From Candidatus Cloacimonadales bacterium (GTDB taxonomy: Bacteria; Cloacimonadota; Cloacimonadia; Cloacimonadales; JAFGVF01): a stretch of DNA of 64,000 bases. Made by a program: the position numbers and the translations under genes. The notes under the pieces are model-generated. The model was not told the DNA's origin. It was given only the letters and a program-made list of their open reading frames with translations, and made no database searches. How positions within the stretch are numbered: position 1 is the stretch's first letter; every line of letters begins with the position of its first letter. The DNA is taken from NCBI GenBank assembly GCA_963678315.1, contig OY782781.1:1664001-1728000 (forward strand). Reading direction: 5' to 3'. This document shows, one piece after another, positions 60,887 through 64,000 of this stretch.

Positions 60887-61500
60887 CTGGGATTGCAAGC
60901 ATCCTTGCTTGCGAAGGTATGTTAGGATTGTAGCCATCCCTGGCTACGAAAAGATTTGCGTAAGCATGAACAAAGTTCAGCCTATCGGCGGATGCTTACA
61001 CTCCGATGGTTAAACTGGGATTGTAAGCAACAGTCTAGCCTGACACGGTCCCTACATGCGAAAGACCATTCTCAATTCTGGATACTTCTGAGTTGTGGTA
61101 AAAATCTATGTCGTCCCTTTGGGACTCAAATCATTTATGTCATTGTACATGGGGTACAAGACCCCATGCTAATACATGTCGTCCCTTTGGGACTAATACC
61201 CCAACGGGGTAAATTATCCAAAGCCCATGATTTCAATCATGGGTAGCAATAGATCCCAATATTACTAGTCCTAGAGGGACTTCTTTATCATATATATAAC
61301 TACCCAACATCAGAAAAGTACTTTCAGCACTATCTCAACAATTATATGCTCTTACCTAGCTTTAAAAAGCTAGGCTTTGGACAATTAATCCTTTCAGGAT
61401 AACATCTGAAACCCTTGCCTTTAGTCCGGCTGCATGCAAGCATGATTGAAGATGCGCATTCAGAAAGGACTGTGATCGGCGAAGACGATTGAATGCACTC
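60887..61500. repeat. Mosaic of REP and palindrome modules from both arrays
   Basis: Contains 45.8-kb short unit, GTCCCTTTGGGAC doublet, ~265-bp module and 67-bp element. Confidence 0.88.
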
Positions 61501-61551
61501 CATTTTTTAATTAATCTTTACAGGGAAAATAAGATAAAATTAAAATTGTTC

Positions 61552-61732
61552 TTGACATAATTGTTGAAGTGATAAAACTAACATAAATTAAAGATATTAG
61601 ATTATCTACCTAGCGATTCTGCCCTTTTACAGATATTGGATAGGTTAATTAAGTTTTAGAAATATTAAGAAGAAACTTTATAATATATTAACAAAGAAGG
61701 GCGGATAGTAAAATATCCGCCCTTTTTATTTT
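61552..61732 (+). promoter_or_regulatory. infC-rpmI-rplT leader with terminator/antiterminator (L20-leader-like)
   Basis: TTGACA at 61552; terminator AAGGGCGGATA/TATCCGCCCTT+T tract 61697-61727; TCTGCCCTTTT 61618-61628 can pair with its 5' arm. Confidence 0.7.
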
Positions 61733-61762
61733 AGAAGATAACTCAAAAAATGGAGGTTTCTT

Positions 61763-62383
61763 ATAATAAGGATAAGAAAAGGTAAGGCTAAGACAAAAGA
61801 AGTCGTACCAAAAGAGAACATTAATGAACATATTAGAGCTAGAGAAGTTAGACTAATTGGTTCAGACGGGAATCAAGTTGGAGTAGTCTCTATTAATAGA
61901 GCTAGAGAGATTGCTGAACAAAGTGGAATGGATTTGGTAGAAATATCACCAAATGCAAAACCACCTGTATGTAAGGTAATGGATTTTAGCAAATACTATT
62001 ATCAAAAAGAACGTAAAGCACGTGATGCAAGAAAGAATAGACATGAAGTTCAGGTTAAAGAAGTTAAATTTGGACCAAACACAGAAGAACATGACTATTT
62101 GTTTAAGAAAAAGAATGCTTTAAAATTCTTATTACAACATCACAAAGTAAAGTTTACTGTAAGATTTAGAGGCCGACAAATGGCTCATAAAGATATTGGT
62201 CAAGACCTTTTAGAAAAATTATCTAAAGAGTTAAAGCCTTTAGTTGATGTCGATCAACCAATAAGAGCAGAGCATAGAATTATGTCAGTAGTCGTTTCTC
62301 CAAAGAAAGATATTGAAGCAATAGCTAAAGATTATAATGAATTCGGTGAAAAAATAGAAACTGAATCAGAAACAGAAGAATAA
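61763..62383 (+). CDS. infC: Translation initiation factor IF-3, non-canonical ATA start
   Basis: In-frame INEHIRAREVRLIG upstream of the track's ATG; GGAGG 6 nt before ATA 61763; PPVCKVMD, KEVKF, FRGRQ. Confidence 0.9.
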   Translation: MIRIRKGKAKTKEVVPKENINEHIRAREVRLIGSDGNQVGVVSINRAREIAEQSGMDLVEISPNAKPPVCKVMDFSKYYYQKERKARDARKNRHEVQVKEVKFGPNTEEHDYLFKKKNALKFLLQHHKVKFTVRFRGRQMAHKDIGQDLLEKLSKELKPLVDVDQPIRAEHRIMSVVVSPKKDIEAIAKDYNEFGEKIETESETEE

Positions 62384-62414
62384 ATAAAAAGATTAAATTA
62401 TAGATGGAGGAATA

Positions 62415-62612
62415 ATGCCAAAAATCAAAACTCATAGAGCTGCGGCTAAAAGATTTAAGGTTACTAGTAAAGGTAAGATTAAAAGACATCATGCTAAATC
62501 AGCTCACATCAAAACAAAGAAAAGTCCTAAGTTAAAAAGACATTTAAGAGATTCTGCTATTGTAACAAAAGCGGATACACCAAGAGTAAAAAAGATGCTC
62601 GCTGGATTATAG
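62415..62612 (+). CDS. rpmI: 50S ribosomal protein L35
   Basis: [17 protein letters not shown]; synteny. Confidence 0.97.
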   Translation: MPKIKTHRAAAKRFKVTSKGKIKRHHAKSAHIKTKKSPKLKRHLRDSAIVTKADTPRVKKMLAGL

Positions 62613-62630
62613 AGAAAAAGGAGACAGAAC

Positions 62631-62990
62631 ATGGCAAGATCTAAAAATTTAGTAGCATCACGTGCTAGAAAGAAAGCGAAACTTAAATTAGCGAAAGGGT
62701 ATAGAGGCTCCAGACATAGACTATATAGAATTGCAGCTCAATCAGTAGAAAAAGGTTGGGGTTACGCATATAGAGATAGAAAACAAAAGAAAAGAAATTT
62801 CAGAAGATTATGGATCACTCGTATCAATGCTGCTTGTAGAGCTGAAGGTATTTCATATAGCAAATTCATTAATGCATTACACAAAGCTGAAATCAATGTT
62901 AACAGAAAAGTGTTAGCTAACTTAGCATGGCATGACCAAGAAGCTTTTGCACAATTAGTTGAGATTGCGAAGAAGAACTTGGAAGCATAA
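62631..62990 (+). CDS. rplT: 50S ribosomal protein L20
   Basis: [30 protein letters not shown]. Confidence 0.97.
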   Translation: MARSKNLVASRARKKAKLKLAKGYRGSRHRLYRIAAQSVEKGWGYAYRDRKQKKRNFRRLWITRINAACRAEGISYSKFINALHKAEINVNRKVLANLAWHDQEAFAQLVEIAKKNLEA

Positions 62991-64000
62991 ATGAAACAAA
63001 AACTTGAGCAGATAATAAAAAAAGCTGAAGAGGAATTAGACAAAGTTGTAAAGAAACATGATTTATTAAATCTTAAATCTCATTTAGTGGGAAAGAAGAG
63101 TGAAATCAATGCTTTGATGCAACAAATGAAAGATATTCCAAAAGAACAGCGCCGAGAAGTTGGACAACTTATAAACAAGTCTAAGAATTATCTGCAGGAT
63201 TTGATTGATAAAAGACATAAAATTATCGATGAAATTATATATAAAGAACAGATAGAATCTTCCCGCATAGATTTAACTATGCCGGGAAGAAGAACTGTTC
63301 AAGGTGGACTACATCCTCTTACAAAGATATGGAGAGAGATAGAGGACACCTTTATTAGTATGGGCTTTGAAATAGCCGACGGGTTTGATGTAGAAAACGA
63401 ATTTCATAATTTTGATGCTTTAAATACTCCTGCAGACCATCCATCTCGTAATTTAGCAGATACATTTTATATACAAGACAATATATTATTAAGAACCCAA
63501 ACTTCTACAGTTCAAATAAGAACTATGGAATCACATCAACCTCCAATAAAGATTATTGCGCCAGGTAGATGTTATCGTAATGATAAAATGGATGCGTCTC
63601 ATTCTCCAGTTTTCCACCAAGTAGAGGCATTGGTTGTAGATGAAAACACAACTTTTGCAGACTTAAAAGATACTTTAAACATATTTGTTAAACTTATGTT
63701 TGGTGACAATATAAAATCACGTATTAGACCTCACTTTTTCCCATTTACAGAACCAAGTGCAGAGATAGATATCTCATGTGTTAACTGTGGGGGAGAAGGC
63801 TGTAGAATTTGTTCTGGTTCTGGTTGGTTAGAAATGGGTGGTGCTGGAATGGTTGACCCAGCAGTTTTAGAAAAAGTTGGAATAGATTCTGAAAAGTATA
63901 CAGGTTTTGCTTTCGGTTTAGGTATTGATAGAATTACTATGCTGAAATACAATATTCCTGATATTAGAATATTGTTTGAAAACGATATTAGATTCTTGAA
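62991..64000 (+). CDS. pheS: Phenylalanine--tRNA ligase alpha subunit (3' end just outside window; not in ORF track)
   Basis: Manual translation: DLTMPG, GGLHPL, NFDALN..DHPSR..DTFY, LRTQTS, HSPVFHQVE, FPFTEPS, GFAFGLGIDR, DIRILFEND. Confidence 0.95.
   Translation, partial: MKQKLEQIIKKAEEELDKVVKKHDLLNLKSHLVGKKSEINALMQQMKDIPKEQRREVGQLINKSKNYLQDLIDKRHKIIDEIIYKEQIESSRIDLTMPGRRTVQGGLHPLTKIWREIEDTFISMGFEIADGFDVENEFHNFDALNTPADHPSRNLADTFYIQDNILLRTQTSTVQIRTMESHQPPIKIIAPGRCYRNDKMDASHSPVFHQVEALVVDENTTFADLKDTLNIFVKLMFGDNIKSRIRPHFFPFTEPSAEIDISCVNCGGEGCRICSGSGWLEMGGAGMVDPAVLEKVGIDSEKYTGFAFGLGIDRITMLKYNIPDIRILFENDIRFL

Noticed and set aside
60956..61246. 96-aa ORF (likewise 48078-48272 and 41130-41363)
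   Set aside because: Lies in repeat DNA or antisense to a real gene; sibling repeat copies do not keep the frame; no RBS
3430..63952. Numerous short opposite-strand or alternate-frame ORFs in the track (e.g. 7081-7425, 34043-34396, 46978-47601, 62762-63043)
   Set aside because: Shadows of well-supported genes with no motifs or RBS

Overview
AT-rich bacterial chromosome segment, most consistent with Candidatus Cloacimonadota (inference from four secreted proteins ending in the YPNP..IYNIKGQ..K(M/I/V)xL(M/I)K FlgD/T9SS-type C-terminal domain). It carries tRNA-Arg(CCT) followed by a small defence-like island (two PD-(D/E)XK nucleases, a degenerate PLD-like protein, an IS4 element), a type I restriction-modification operon interrupted by a REP-associated tyrosine transposase (RAYT/TnpA-REP) with its REP arrays, housekeeping genes (pfkA, short pyk, coaE, folP, exbBD, asnS, infC-rpmI-rplT-pheS with an attenuator leader), and large surface proteins. 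The most striking feature is non-coding. Roughly 5-6 kb of intergenic DNA is built from two families of short hairpins whose stems covary while the scaffold is conserved, assembled into tandem arrays (73-74, ~156, ~265, ~282 bp units). These arrays are in turn targeted by an IS1182 element (22-bp target duplication), a 163-bp MITE (TTA duplication, empty sites visible) and ~20-nt loop insertions. No CRISPR array, integrase or reverse transcriptase was seen. All family calls are from motif recognition, not database searches.
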